Source: Chloroflexota bacterium (lineage in GTDB: Bacteria; Chloroflexota; UBA11872; VXOZ01). Taken from it: 64,000 nucleotides of DNA. The DNA lies in NCBI GenBank assembly GCA_964291655.2, contig OZ219802.1:2240001-2304000 (forward strand), in the 5' to 3' direction. A program made the translations under genes and the position numbers. This document shows, one piece after another, positions 30,015-41,347 of this stretch; positions within the stretch are counted from its first letter, which is position 1; the number at the start of each line of letters is the position of its first letter. Under the pieces are notes generated by a model. The model made no database searches. It was not told the origin of the DNA and worked only from the letters and a program-made list of their open reading frames with translations.

Positions 30015-30923
30015 CTAGTCGCCTGATGTCAATTGGCGCACGGGCGTCGCGAGCAGGCCGATTTCGTCGATCTCGATTTCCACAATGTCGCCGGCGCGCA
30101 GGGCCGCTTCTTCAGTCACGATGATGCCTGTGCCGGTGCTCACCACGGTGCCAACCGGCACCGGGTTATTGCGCACGAGATATGCGGTCAGCGTCTCAAA
30201 CGGGTGCCGGATCTGGTCGGTGTTTGCCGAACCCTCGAATATTACTGTGCCATTGCGGCGAATGCGCGCCGTAATCTCCAGGTTGTACGGGTCCGTGAGT
30301 TCGCCGGCCGTCACCATAGTCGGTCCTAAAGCCGTACAACCCAGGAAGACTTTGGACTGGGGCAGGTAGAGCGGATTCTCCCGCTCGATGTCCCAGGCCG
30401 ACACGTCATCGCAGATCGTATACCCGATGATTTCATTGTCGAAGCCCAGCACGTAGGCGAGCTCCGGTTCCGGCGCCGTAAACGTGGAATCCACGCGAAT
30501 GCCGATGGGTTCGTTCGGCCCGGCGCAATGTTGCGTGTCCCCTTTATAGAAGATCTCCGGACGGTCCGATTGGTACACCTTGTCGTAGATGCCCATGCGT
30601 CCTTCCATGTCGGCGTCGCGGAATTCGGCGCTGCGGCGGTAGGTCACCCCGCAGCCCCAAACCTGGGGTGGAAAGAGAGGCATGGTGAGCCGCGGCTCGT
30701 CCGGCTCCAGTAGTTCTGCATAGGCATGAGCGCCGCCTGATGCCTCCGCAAGCTTCTCTTCGATTACCGCGTCGAGCGAGCGGCGCTGCCGACGGGCTTC
30801 ATCCACGAAATCAAGCGTCGTGGTTAAGTCATGAGCCGGATCCGTGATGTCGAAGACTTTTTCATCCTGCACCACGCCGACGTGAACGCTCTGATCCACG
30901 TCATAGAATTGCACCAGTTTCAC
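30015..30923 (-). CDS. Fumarylacetoacetate-hydrolase-family protein (2-keto-3-deoxy-pentonate dehydratase-like)
   Basis: VWGCGVTY..S, RPEIFYK, PEPEL, DVSAWDIERENPLYLPQSK, TGTG. Confidence 0.85.
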   Translation of the reverse strand: MKLVQFYDVDQSVHVGVVQDEKVFDITDPAHDLTTTLDFVDEARRQRRSLDAVIEEKLAEASGGAHAYAELLEPDEPRLTMPLFPPQVWGCGVTYRRSAEFRDADMEGRMGIYDKVYQSDRPEIFYKGDTQHCAGPNEPIGIRVDSTFTAPEPELAYVLGFDNEIIGYTICDDVSAWDIERENPLYLPQSKVFLGCTALGPTMVTAGELTDPYNLEITARIRRNGTVIFEGSANTDQIRHPFETLTAYLVRNNPVPVGTVVSTGTGIIVTEEAALRAGDIVEIEIDEIGLLATPVRQLTSGD

Positions 30924-31012
30924 GGTTTCTTTTCCCTCTCAGCTTCCGTTCTTATACCTCGCCAAACGATGTTCGCCCACTCTAAGAACCTCGGAATAGC
31001 CCCAGTCATTCC

Positions 31013-31245
31013 TGTAAGTGTTGAGTAATTCGTTGACAGAGTCCGCTTTCCATTCTGATGTGTTGACGGTGCATGTCATTCCGAGCGGAGCGAGGAATCT
31101 AGGGTCCCTACTTTAACGGCTTCAGCACACTAGATTCCTCTCTTCGCTGCGCTTCGTTCGGAATGACATGTGTACTAGTCATGTCTAACACTGCGAAAGG
31201 TGGCTTTTGTTCTCAAATCTGTCAACGAATTATCTGACATTTACA
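31013..31245. mobile_element. TGTAA..TTACA MITE, TSD ATTCC
   Basis: ATTCC|TGTAAGTGTTGAGTAATTCG...GAATTATCTGACATTTACA|ATTCC. Confidence 0.75.
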
Positions 31246-31340
31246 ATTCCAGCGCACGCCGGATTTCAGGGGGCATAGGAGGCTAACGCTCGCTTGTCGT
31301 CCAGCTCTGCTTCACCCGCATCCCAGGCTTCTCCCATCAT

Positions 31341-31491
31341 GGAGAACCTTGCAAGTCCTTGCCGCAGCGAGGAAGTCCCCTCTCCTCCAGGAGAGGGAGT
31401 GCCCCGCTTGAAAGTGGGGCAATGCAATGGTCTCCCCAGGGAGAGGGGGGTTAAGACATTTCTCTCAGGTTCTAGCTACGCAAAGTTCTCC
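31341..31491. mobile_element. Short MITE-like element of the GGAGA..TTGC / GCAAAG..CTCC end family
   Basis: GGAGAACCTTGCAAG...CTACGCAAAGTTCTCC inside a TTCTCCCA..TGGGAGAA hairpin. Confidence 0.5.
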
Positions 31492-31549
31492 ATCTGTGGG
31501 AGAAGGAACTGCACGCGATTCTCCCAAGTAATCGCACGACAGTATGCCT

Positions 31550-32290
31550 CTATTCTACTGCTTTCACAATGTGCACACCGTTGAGCGCCATGTGAAAGAG
31601 AAAGACGAGGTGCAGCAAGTCGCCGTCGTGCGGCATAGCGCCTATTTCTTGAGCTATCTCGACCGGCAAGTCGTATGTCTGCACGCAGTTCTCCGGTACC
31701 ACCACCTGGCAGTCGCGCTGGATGGCATTGGCGCTAAGACGCAGGTACATTGCCGTTTGGTATACACAGAGATCTGTGCAGTCGCCTATGACGAGAAAGT
31801 ACCTCACCTCCGGGTGCTGTCCGAGCCATTGCGCCAAACCGGTGCCGTATGCCGGGTGCAACGAGTTCTTTTCTATGACCGTAAAGTTAGCGGCGGCAGG
31901 CAAGCCGGCAAGCTCCGGCACAGTATCAGATTCATCTTGGCCGGTGACGCAGTGCGGGCCGAATTGACCGAATTCCAGGGCATCGGGATGGTGCGTGTCC
32001 TGCGGCAATAAGAAGTGGCGCACACCAAGGGAGTGGCAGCGCTCGATTGCCGCTTGCACCGGTGCAATCAACCCCCTGACCCGTTCTCCCGCCAGCGGCC
32101 CTTTGTGGCAGAAGCCATTTACCATGTCTACGACGAACACCGCGACGTTTTCTGCTGTGACTCCTTTAGCGGCCCAATCGCTTGCCAAATCAAGCGGCGC
32201 GAGACCAGCGTGCCAGCCGGTCAAGTATGCCAAGAACGCATCACTGCCCTGCATTAGTGCTTGAGAACGCTCGGGTATTTGCGTGCTCAC
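31550..32290 (-). CDS. Isochorismatase-family cysteine hydrolase (nicotinamidase-like)
   Basis: VVDMVNGF, DTH, PHC, IEKNS, GDCTDLCV. Confidence 0.85.
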   Translation of the reverse strand: MSTQIPERSQALMQGSDAFLAYLTGWHAGLAPLDLASDWAAKGVTAENVAVFVVDMVNGFCHKGPLAGERVRGLIAPVQAAIERCHSLGVRHFLLPQDTHHPDALEFGQFGPHCVTGQDESDTVPELAGLPAAANFTVIEKNSLHPAYGTGLAQWLGQHPEVRYFLVIGDCTDLCVYQTAMYLRLSANAIQRDCQVVVPENCVQTYDLPVEIAQEIGAMPHDGDLLHLVFLFHMALNGVHIVKAVE

Positions 32291-32559
32291 GTGTTGCCTC
32301 CTTTATCATGTCCGCCTGACCGCCGCGCTCCGGCATTGTGCCTCAAGCTCTTATTGTGCTTGAAACCGCTAGGTCTGTAAGAAGCTGCAGTAGGGATGTA
32401 AATAACAAGCAGCCTCCCAATTATCGCCCACGTCCCCATTCTCACTCCCCCATAGAAACTGGGTGTAGTGCGGGGGATAGGCCCACGCTTGCGATGTCGC
32501 TTGCGTGGCAACGGATTTCTTGTGGCACGGAGAAGATGGAGTCCCGCGTGCGCGGGAAT

Positions 32560-32813
32560 TGTAAGTGTTGAGTAATTCGCTGACAGAATTCTCTCCCAAA
32601 TTGGCAGTGTTGACAGATCATGTCATTCCGAACGGAGCGCAGCGAAGAGTCGCTCGGAGCGCGGAATCTAAGATGTTGAGCCTATTGGGCGACACGTTGC
32701 ATGGGCCCTAGATTCCTCGCTCCGCTCGGAATGACATGTGTACTGTTCATGTAGAGTACTGCGTTCAGCTGCTCTTGTTCTCAAATCTGTCGACGAATTA
32801 CCTGGCACTTACA
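32560..32813. mobile_element. TGTAA..TTACA MITE, TSD GGAAT
   Basis: GGAAT|TGTAAGTG...CACTTACA|GGAAT; removing it restores GGAGTCCCGCGTGCGCGGGAATGAC. Confidence 0.8.
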
Positions 32814-32843
32814 GGAATGACGGACCAGGGCGCTGTCTCTCTT

Positions 32844-33617
32844 TTATAGAATAGCGCGAATTGTTTCACCGACGCCGATGTCAAGCGCATGTGCCGCGCC
32901 GGCACGGGGCAAGGCGATTTCAATACGCCCGCCGCTATTCACCACTGCCACAATGCCATCGCCCGCTGCATAGTGGGGTGTGATGCCGAGAATGGAGCGC
33001 CCACCAATTTCAAAACGAGTGCGCTGAGGTTCTGGGCCAAGGTCTTCCAGCCGCAGGTTGGTAATCAGGTTTCCAAAAACATCAACGTGAATTACTTCGC
33101 CCCGGATGTCACTTCCGCACCGCTGGGGGAGCGGCCAGGGCAGCCGCGCCATACCGGGTACTAGTGTTCCGAGAACTTCAGGCCGGACACCATGCGCTAG
33201 ACGGGCGGCGACCGGGGCAAAGATGTCACGCCCATGGAAGGTTGCGCTCACATGCGACCGCCAGTATTCCGGTCTATCCAGAACGTAGACCCGGGCAGCG
33301 GCCGGATCCGATACCATGCTCGTAAGCACACCGTTATCCGGCGCGACGAACAGGCCTTGCGCAGTTTCGGCGAGTATGGCGGCACGCTCGCTGCCCACAC
33401 CGGGGTCCACAACCACGACATGGATGCAATGCGGTGGGAAATGCGGTACAGCCGTTTCCAACGCGAACGTGCCTGCACGAATATCGTGCGGCGGTATCTC
33501 GTGTGTAATGTCCACGATGGATGCGTGGGGCGCCAGGCGTAGAATTACGCCCTTCATTGCGCCCGTGAACCCGTCCGCGGTGCCAAAGTCAGTAGTGAGG
33601 GTGATGACAGTCGACAT
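32844..33617 (-). CDS. SAM hydroxide adenosyltransferase (DUF62; chlorinase/fluorinase family)
   Basis: ITLTTDFG, DITH, VVDPGVG..R, APDNG, TFHGRDIFAP, DVFGN. Confidence 0.9.
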   Translation of the reverse strand: MSTVITLTTDFGTADGFTGAMKGVILRLAPHASIVDITHEIPPHDIRAGTFALETAVPHFPPHCIHVVVVDPGVGSERAAILAETAQGLFVAPDNGVLTSMVSDPAAARVYVLDRPEYWRSHVSATFHGRDIFAPVAARLAHGVRPEVLGTLVPGMARLPWPLPQRCGSDIRGEVIHVDVFGNLITNLRLEDLGPEPQRTRFEIGGRSILGITPHYAAGDGIVAVVNSGGRIEIALPRAGAAHALDIGVGETIRAIL

Positions 33618-33824
33618 AAGACAGACCGTGGGGCAGAATCTATGACGGTCTCACACTGCTCCTCGCGGCAAGACGTGGCGAGAGACTATGGAGGACCCGA
33701 CCGGGACAAGGTATCTGCCACGCAGGCCGCCGAGTTCACTGCAGTCGGCCGCAAACGTCCGTCTTCCTGCCGGTCGGCGATACGGTTCGGCCGTCGCCAA
33801 AGCAAGCCCCCGACGTGTACAGAG

Positions 33825-34541
33825 CTACTTTGCTTCCCCTTCAGGCTTGCGGGTAGTGCGCGAGCGGGAAGGCGACCGCTGCGACCGACCGGTGGTAGCT
33901 GGGCGACGTCCGCCGCTGCGAGAGCGAGTGGCCGACGATTGCCTGCCGCGCGCTTGTCTCCCTCGCTGGACCGGCCGCGGCCACAAGTCTGCCGGCGTAA
34001 GCAGCGCCTTGAGCTTCTCTTCCACCTGTTTCGCGTCAAGCTCCTCCGACTCCCCGGCCAGCGACACTGCTTGCTTCGCCACCGTGCGTGACGCGCGCTT
34101 CTTCCACACTTTTAGCAGCGTTCCTACCAACTGTTCTTCATACTGTTGCTTCCACTCCCGTTGATAGGAATAGTCGTCCGGCCAGGCCATGGCGACCGTC
34201 TGTGCAAGGCAGCGCACAATGACGGCATCGGCAAGCTCATTCCATCCTTTTTCTCTGGCAGCCGCAGCGAGCGTAAACAGGGCCTGGGGGTGCTTGGCTA
34301 AGGCCTCGGCGGCATCCTTCACGATTTGCTCGTCGTCCAAGGCCGTCAGGGCTGCGGCGAAGGTTTGAAAGGGGGCAAGATCGCACTCAACCGGATCAAC
34401 GGCGGTCGCAGCCCCGATGGCGGCACGCGCCCAACTCAGCGTCTCCTCTTTTTCAGGCGCTGCATCCGCCAGGCTTTGCGCTTTCTGCGAAGCCATCATC
34501 AATTGCGTAGCCGGGATATCATTCCATACCAAAGTAATCAT
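33825..34541 (-). CDS. Hypothetical helical protein with Arg/Ser-rich C-terminal tail
   Basis: 238-aa ORF with GAGGA upstream; no recognised family. Confidence 0.6.
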   Translation of the reverse strand: MITLVWNDIPATQLMMASQKAQSLADAAPEKEETLSWARAAIGAATAVDPVECDLAPFQTFAAALTALDDEQIVKDAAEALAKHPQALFTLAAAAREKGWNELADAVIVRCLAQTVAMAWPDDYSYQREWKQQYEEQLVGTLLKVWKKRASRTVAKQAVSLAGESEELDAKQVEEKLKALLTPADLWPRPVQRGRQARGRQSSATRSRSGGRRPATTGRSQRSPSRSRTTRKPEGEAK

Positions 34542-34814
34542 CGATCAGTGTCATCCTCTCGTGTCTGTCGGAAGTAATTGTTGCTCTTGCATTCGTCTCT
34601 TGGACGCTAGAAATGCACCGGTTGCTCCGCTGCGTATCCTCCGGCTCATGCAATGTCTCTGAGATTTGCAGGCTGCGACGACGGTACATGCCAAGAACCT
34701 CTGCCTACCATTCAGAATTATCGCAGGCTGCACGGAGAAAGGCTACCTGTCATGTGCCCGTGAGTAACAGTAGTACACTCATTCCAATGGGGACGTGCTC
34801 AACTTATTCGGCCT

Positions 34815-34972
34815 GAGCTTGCCTGTCTTCAGTACTCCGACAAGCTCAGCACAGGCCCGTCGAAGGGCCGGAGACCGGGAACGGGAGCCGGATTTGTTGG
34901 AAGGGCCAATTCTCTTGCCGTACCTACTTCGACCCTTCGGCAGGCTCAGGACAGGCAAGCTCAGCATGAACG
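34815..34972. repeat. CCCTTCGACAGGCTCAGG/CTGAGCTTGTCGAAG-type palindromic repeat cluster
   Basis: Same family as near 15721, 44319, 48418 and 51577..51698. Confidence 0.6.
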
Positions 34973-35021
34973 GCAAGGACGTCCTGAATGATGGGGGCAT
35001 GCTGAGTCTGGTATCTCTCCC

Positions 35022-37718
<2,697 letters not shown>

Positions 37719-37777
37719 CCTCGGGTTGTCCTTTCCGGTCTCTGCTTTTCCCTGACCCAAGTCTCGCGTTCACAGCA

Positions 37778-37811
37778 ACAAAAACCCGCTCTCATCGCCA
37801 GACGAGAGCGG
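37778..37811 (-). terminator. Intrinsic terminator-like hairpin in the valS 5' region
   Basis: Minus strand CCGCTCTCGTC-TGGC-GATGAGAGCGG followed by GTTTTTGT. Confidence 0.6.
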
Positions 37812-38013
37812 CCGAACTACACCTACGACGGTTAGCAAAGCCGTTGTCGCGTTTGCAGCCAAGCGCGGCAACGCTAACCAATTAGCTTCCTTGTAATGGT
37901 CTTTCCGATACCCCACTGTCCATAAGGACCCTCTCAGCAAGCTATGCGGTAATAAGCCCTGCATGAAAATAGACTCCACAACAAGCCAGCTACCTGTTGT
38001 GAAGCCCAAAACT

Positions 38014-38090
38014 TGGTAGCGCATACGGGATTCGAACCCGTGATCTCCGCCTTGAGAGGGCGGTGTCCTCGGCCACTAGACGAATGCGCC
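38014..38090 (-). tRNA. tRNA-Glu (anticodon CTC)
   Basis: GGCGCATTCGTCTAGTGGCCGAGGACACCGCCCTCTCAAGGCGGAGATCACGGGTTCGAATCCCGTATGCGCTACCA; full cloverleaf with encoded CCA. Confidence 0.97.
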
Positions 38091-38124
38091 ACGCCAGCCT
38101 TTGTGACACAGGCTTCTTCTCTTG

Positions 38125-38153
38125 AGTATAGGCGAAAATAGAGTGTCGGTCAA
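38125..38153 (-). promoter_or_regulatory. sigma70 promoter of tRNA-Glu
   Basis: Minus strand TTGACC-N17-TATACT. Confidence 0.65.
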
Positions 38154-38241
38154 GGGGAAAAGGCAGTCGGCGCCTGTGCGCGAGGAGGCTGGACGGATAT
38201 GGAATGGCGGGATCGTCATGCTGCCGCACCGGCTCATCTGT

Positions 38242-38781
38242 TTATCCTTGCCTCGCTTCCGCAAGCTGGAGCAGGGCATCGCCGTGGACGCGAAAGAGAC
38301 GCCACTCGGGCAGCATTTCCGCTCCTAGGCCCTCATAGAAGCGGTGGGAGTCCGTGTTCCAGTCCAGAGCCATCCAATCGAATCGCACGCAGCCGCGTTC
38401 TACGGCAATGGCCGCCACGCGTCGCAGGAGGAGTGTGCCTAACCCGCGGCGCCGGAATTCAGGGGACACGTAGAGGTCCTCCAGATACATGCTCCGCCCG
38501 GCAAGGAATGTGGAATACGTGTGGAAATAAACGGCGTATCCCGCCGGCTCGTCGTCCGCAAACCCAAGAAGCGCCTCGGCCGCCGGCGGGTCACCAAATA
38601 GCGACGCTCGCAAAGCTTCCTCCGTCGCCGTCACCAGATGTGTCAGATGTTCGTACTCCGCCATGCCGTGAATTAAGGCCAAGAGCCGGGGCACGTCATC
38701 TGCCGTCGCACGACGTATCGTGAGCCGGGGCACGTCATCTGCCGTCGCACGACGTATCGTGAGCCGGGGCTGTTTGGTCAT
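38242..38781 (-). CDS. GNAT acetyltransferase (diamine/SSAT-like)
   Basis: IRRATADD, AEYE, YSTF, YLEDLYV.PEFRRRGLG, LDWN, FYEGLGA. Confidence 0.88.
   Translation of the reverse strand: MTKQPRLTIRRATADDVPRLTIRRATADDVPRLLALIHGMAEYEHLTHLVTATEEALRASLFGDPPAAEALLGFADDEPAGYAVYFHTYSTFLAGRSMYLEDLYVSPEFRRRGLGTLLLRRVAAIAVERGCVRFDWMALDWNTDSHRFYEGLGAEMLPEWRLFRVHGDALLQLAEARQG
38683..38770. repeat. Perfect 39-bp tandem duplication (2.25 copies) inside the GNAT gene
   Basis: GAGCCGGGGCACGTCATCTGCCGTCGCACGACGTATCGT x2 plus GAGCCGGGGC. Confidence 0.9.
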
Positions 38782-38906
38782 CGCTGTCACCGTCCTTCTG
38801 GGTTGCGGGGCTCCAATGGCGCGGTATCCAAGCCCTAAAGCCAACGTATCTCGAAGTAGGTCTCTGCAGAGTCTCGCTGCGACACCCTAAGAGGTATCTC
38901 AATCCC

Positions 38907-39506
38907 CTATTGCGGGCCGGGAGCGCACCAGGGCTCGACAACGACGCCGGGCCAGGTCCGTTTCCAGCGGCTGGCTTTCTCCTCGTACCGCCCAGGCAAG
39001 CCGTACGAATAGTTGGGGCGGACGACCATCCGGAAGACATCGTCAAAGCCGAAGGGGGCGTAAACGTCGTAGCCCTCTGGCGTCTTGCGCAGTCCCAGGG
39101 CGGTGCAGCAGTGGAGGAAACTGTCGATGCCTTCTTTCGTACTGTGGAGAGGCTGGTGGGGAATGCCGAACTTTGCGGGATACCAGAGGTGAACGCGGGC
39201 CTGATTGCGGACTTCGACATTGACGCCTAGGTCCGCGAAAGCCGCCGCGCAACTCCGGATTGCCCGGTCCTCTCCCTCCCAACTGAGGTCGTCGAGGTCG
39301 CAGTAAAGGACATCGTAGTCTATGATGCCGAAGTCCGGAGGGAACCCGCTTACTTTGTTCCAGACAGTCTGACAGAGGCAGCCTGCGGCTAGGTAGGCGT
39401 CCGGCAGCTCAAGCTCTGCCAACCGGTCCGTCAGCGTCCGAATGTTCTCATTTCCGAGAACGATGTCGAGGAACTGCGCGTGGGGGTCCGATTGCATATG
39501 CGCCAT
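38907..39506 (-). CDS. Nucleotidyltransferase-family protein (DUF925-like)
   Basis: YLAAGCL.QTVWN, DYDV.Y.D, VEVRNQARVHLWY, APFG, RW..WP. Confidence 0.85.
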   Translation of the reverse strand: MAHMQSDPHAQFLDIVLGNENIRTLTDRLAELELPDAYLAAGCLCQTVWNKVSGFPPDFGIIDYDVLYCDLDDLSWEGEDRAIRSCAAAFADLGVNVEVRNQARVHLWYPAKFGIPHQPLHSTKEGIDSFLHCCTALGLRKTPEGYDVYAPFGFDDVFRMVVRPNYSYGLPGRYEEKASRWKRTWPGVVVEPWCAPGPQ

Positions 39507-39872
39507 GCTTCCCGGAATTCTCGTCTCCACGAGGGGCCTTCACTATGAGCTCTGCGTCACTCTATTCGCCGTCCTTATAGTGGTCCGCCGTCCGTCTGGC
39601 GGGCAGCGACGTTTCATGGGAACTCTACCACAGCCATGCTGGGCGATCTTCAGGCGATCCACCGGACCTGGGACTGCCTACAGGTGCAGAATTATCCGCA
39701 TGCTTAAGTTTCATGCTTCAGTGAAACCTGGTGGGCGCAGCTTGAATTGCAGGGCAACCGATCATGTGGGGCGTACGCGTTTTCTTCAGCTAATGATTGA
39801 CATACAATAGAACCGAAGCGGTTTCCAGGACTTGCTGTTTATGACCCTTCGTAAGGAATGCTAATCTGCCCA

Positions 39873-40991
39873 ATGCGCGTGCTACGTTCACTTATTCTTC
39901 TGATTCTGGTCGCTAGCTTGTTGGCAACGAGTTGTCTGAGCGCGTCCCAAGAGCGTGCGATTTTCAAGTCGGCGTTGCTGCTCACTGAGGTGTTGCCGCA
40001 GATTCCCATCAAGCCGCTCAGCTTCGCGGGCAATCCCATTCGACAGGAGCGTACCGACTACGGCGGGTCAGACTCGGCGCTCGTTGGCGATCTCTACCTG
40101 CCTGACGGTGACGGGCCGTTTGGGGCAATTCTTATCTACCTGGGCATTGCGTCGCCGGCAGACGATCCCTACGCCCAAGCGCTGGTGCGCGGCCTGGCAC
40201 AGCAAGGGATTGTGGTGCTCATCCACCAGTCGCGCCGCATGGAAGCCGGCATCATCGATCCCGCGGAAGTCGAAGGCATCGTTCAAGCAGTGCGTTATCT
40301 GCGGGAACGCCCGGTGGTAGACCGCGAGCGCGTGGGCATTCTGGGGTTCTCAGTCGGTTCCGGCCTTGCGCTGCGGGCGGCGGCGGATCCGCGCATCCGC
40401 GATGACATCGCGTTTGTGCACAGTTTTGGTGGTTACTTTGACGCGGCGAATGTGCTCAGCGCCGTGACCACGCAGCAGGTCATTGTCGACGGCAAAGATG
40501 TCCCCTGGACGCCAGATCCTCTCGCCGCCAGCCTGTTTCAGCATGCGCTGCTGGCTACGGTTACGAACGAAACGGAGCGCGTACGGCTCCAGGCAGCGCT
40601 TGCAGGTGAGGCTGAGCCTCCCGCGGAACTGTCACAACGAGGGCGAACGCTGCTCGCTCTGTACGAAAACACGGACCCGCACCGTACCCGCGAGATTCTG
40701 GCGCGTGATCCCACCCTGGTGGGTTGGCTGCAGGAGATTTCGCCCGCAACCGATATGCGGAACGTGCACGCACGGCTCTACATCGCTCACGACCACGCCG
40801 ATGCCTTTCTGCCCTACAGCGAGTCGCTGCTCCTTGCGGAAGCTGCCCGTGAACACACAACCGTGGTGTTTCGGTCGTTTGTCCTCTTTGCCCACCTCTA
40901 CCCGACGAACGACGCCGGCCAACTCATCTTTTTCCGCGAGGTGTGGAATCTCTATTGGCACGTGGTCGCGGTGCTTGCGGAGGTGGCCTAA
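39873..40991 (+). CDS. Membrane-anchored alpha/beta-hydrolase-fold protein
   Basis: N-terminal hydrophobic segment, GDLYLP, VDRERVGILGFSVG nucleophile elbow, D..LP..ES, late His. Confidence 0.75.
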   Translation: MRVLRSLILLILVASLLATSCLSASQERAIFKSALLLTEVLPQIPIKPLSFAGNPIRQERTDYGGSDSALVGDLYLPDGDGPFGAILIYLGIASPADDPYAQALVRGLAQQGIVVLIHQSRRMEAGIIDPAEVEGIVQAVRYLRERPVVDRERVGILGFSVGSGLALRAAADPRIRDDIAFVHSFGGYFDAANVLSAVTTQQVIVDGKDVPWTPDPLAASLFQHALLATVTNETERVRLQAALAGEAEPPAELSQRGRTLLALYENTDPHRTREILARDPTLVGWLQEISPATDMRNVHARLYIAHDHADAFLPYSESLLLAEAAREHTTVVFRSFVLFAHLYPTNDAGQLIFFREVWNLYWHVVAVLAEVA

Positions 40992-41151
40992 GGTCAAGCC
41001 TGGGATGGTGTTTAGGCTAAGGCCAAGAGGCGGGGGACAAGCCCCCGCGCTACGACTGGAGGTCGCGGAGCTTGCGGAGGCGGCCAAAGGTCAAGCCTGG
41101 GATGGTGTTTAGGCTTGGGCTAGGAGGCGGGGGACAAGCCCCCGCGTTACG
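40964..41151. repeat. 97-bp-period tandem duplication ending in a REP-like palindrome
   Basis: 40964..41054 vs 41061..41151 are near identical. Confidence 0.8.
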
Positions 41152-41347
41152 GCAGGAGTTCGCCTCACCGCTGCCGGAGGTAGCCTTTGGGCTGTGGTTC
41201 CGAATGGCCGCAGGTTTCAAACCTGCGCTACCGGAGAGCGTGGTGTTCGTCTGAAGAAACCCCGCAGTGAACACGGTTAACGCTGTTCGCCGCCCGGCAC
41301 TGAGCAGAAGGCTAGACCTGCGATCCGTATCCTTGAGCTGGCCTCGC

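Noticed and set aside
32844-33617. True fluorinase or chlorinase
   Set aside because: It carries the DUF62-type motifs (DPGVG..R, TFHGRD) of the widespread SAM hydroxide adenosyltransferases, and there is no halometabolite cluster context.
38014-38090. tRNA-Glu as an integration site for an island or prophage
   Set aside because: No integrase and no duplicated tRNA 3' end were seen in the window.
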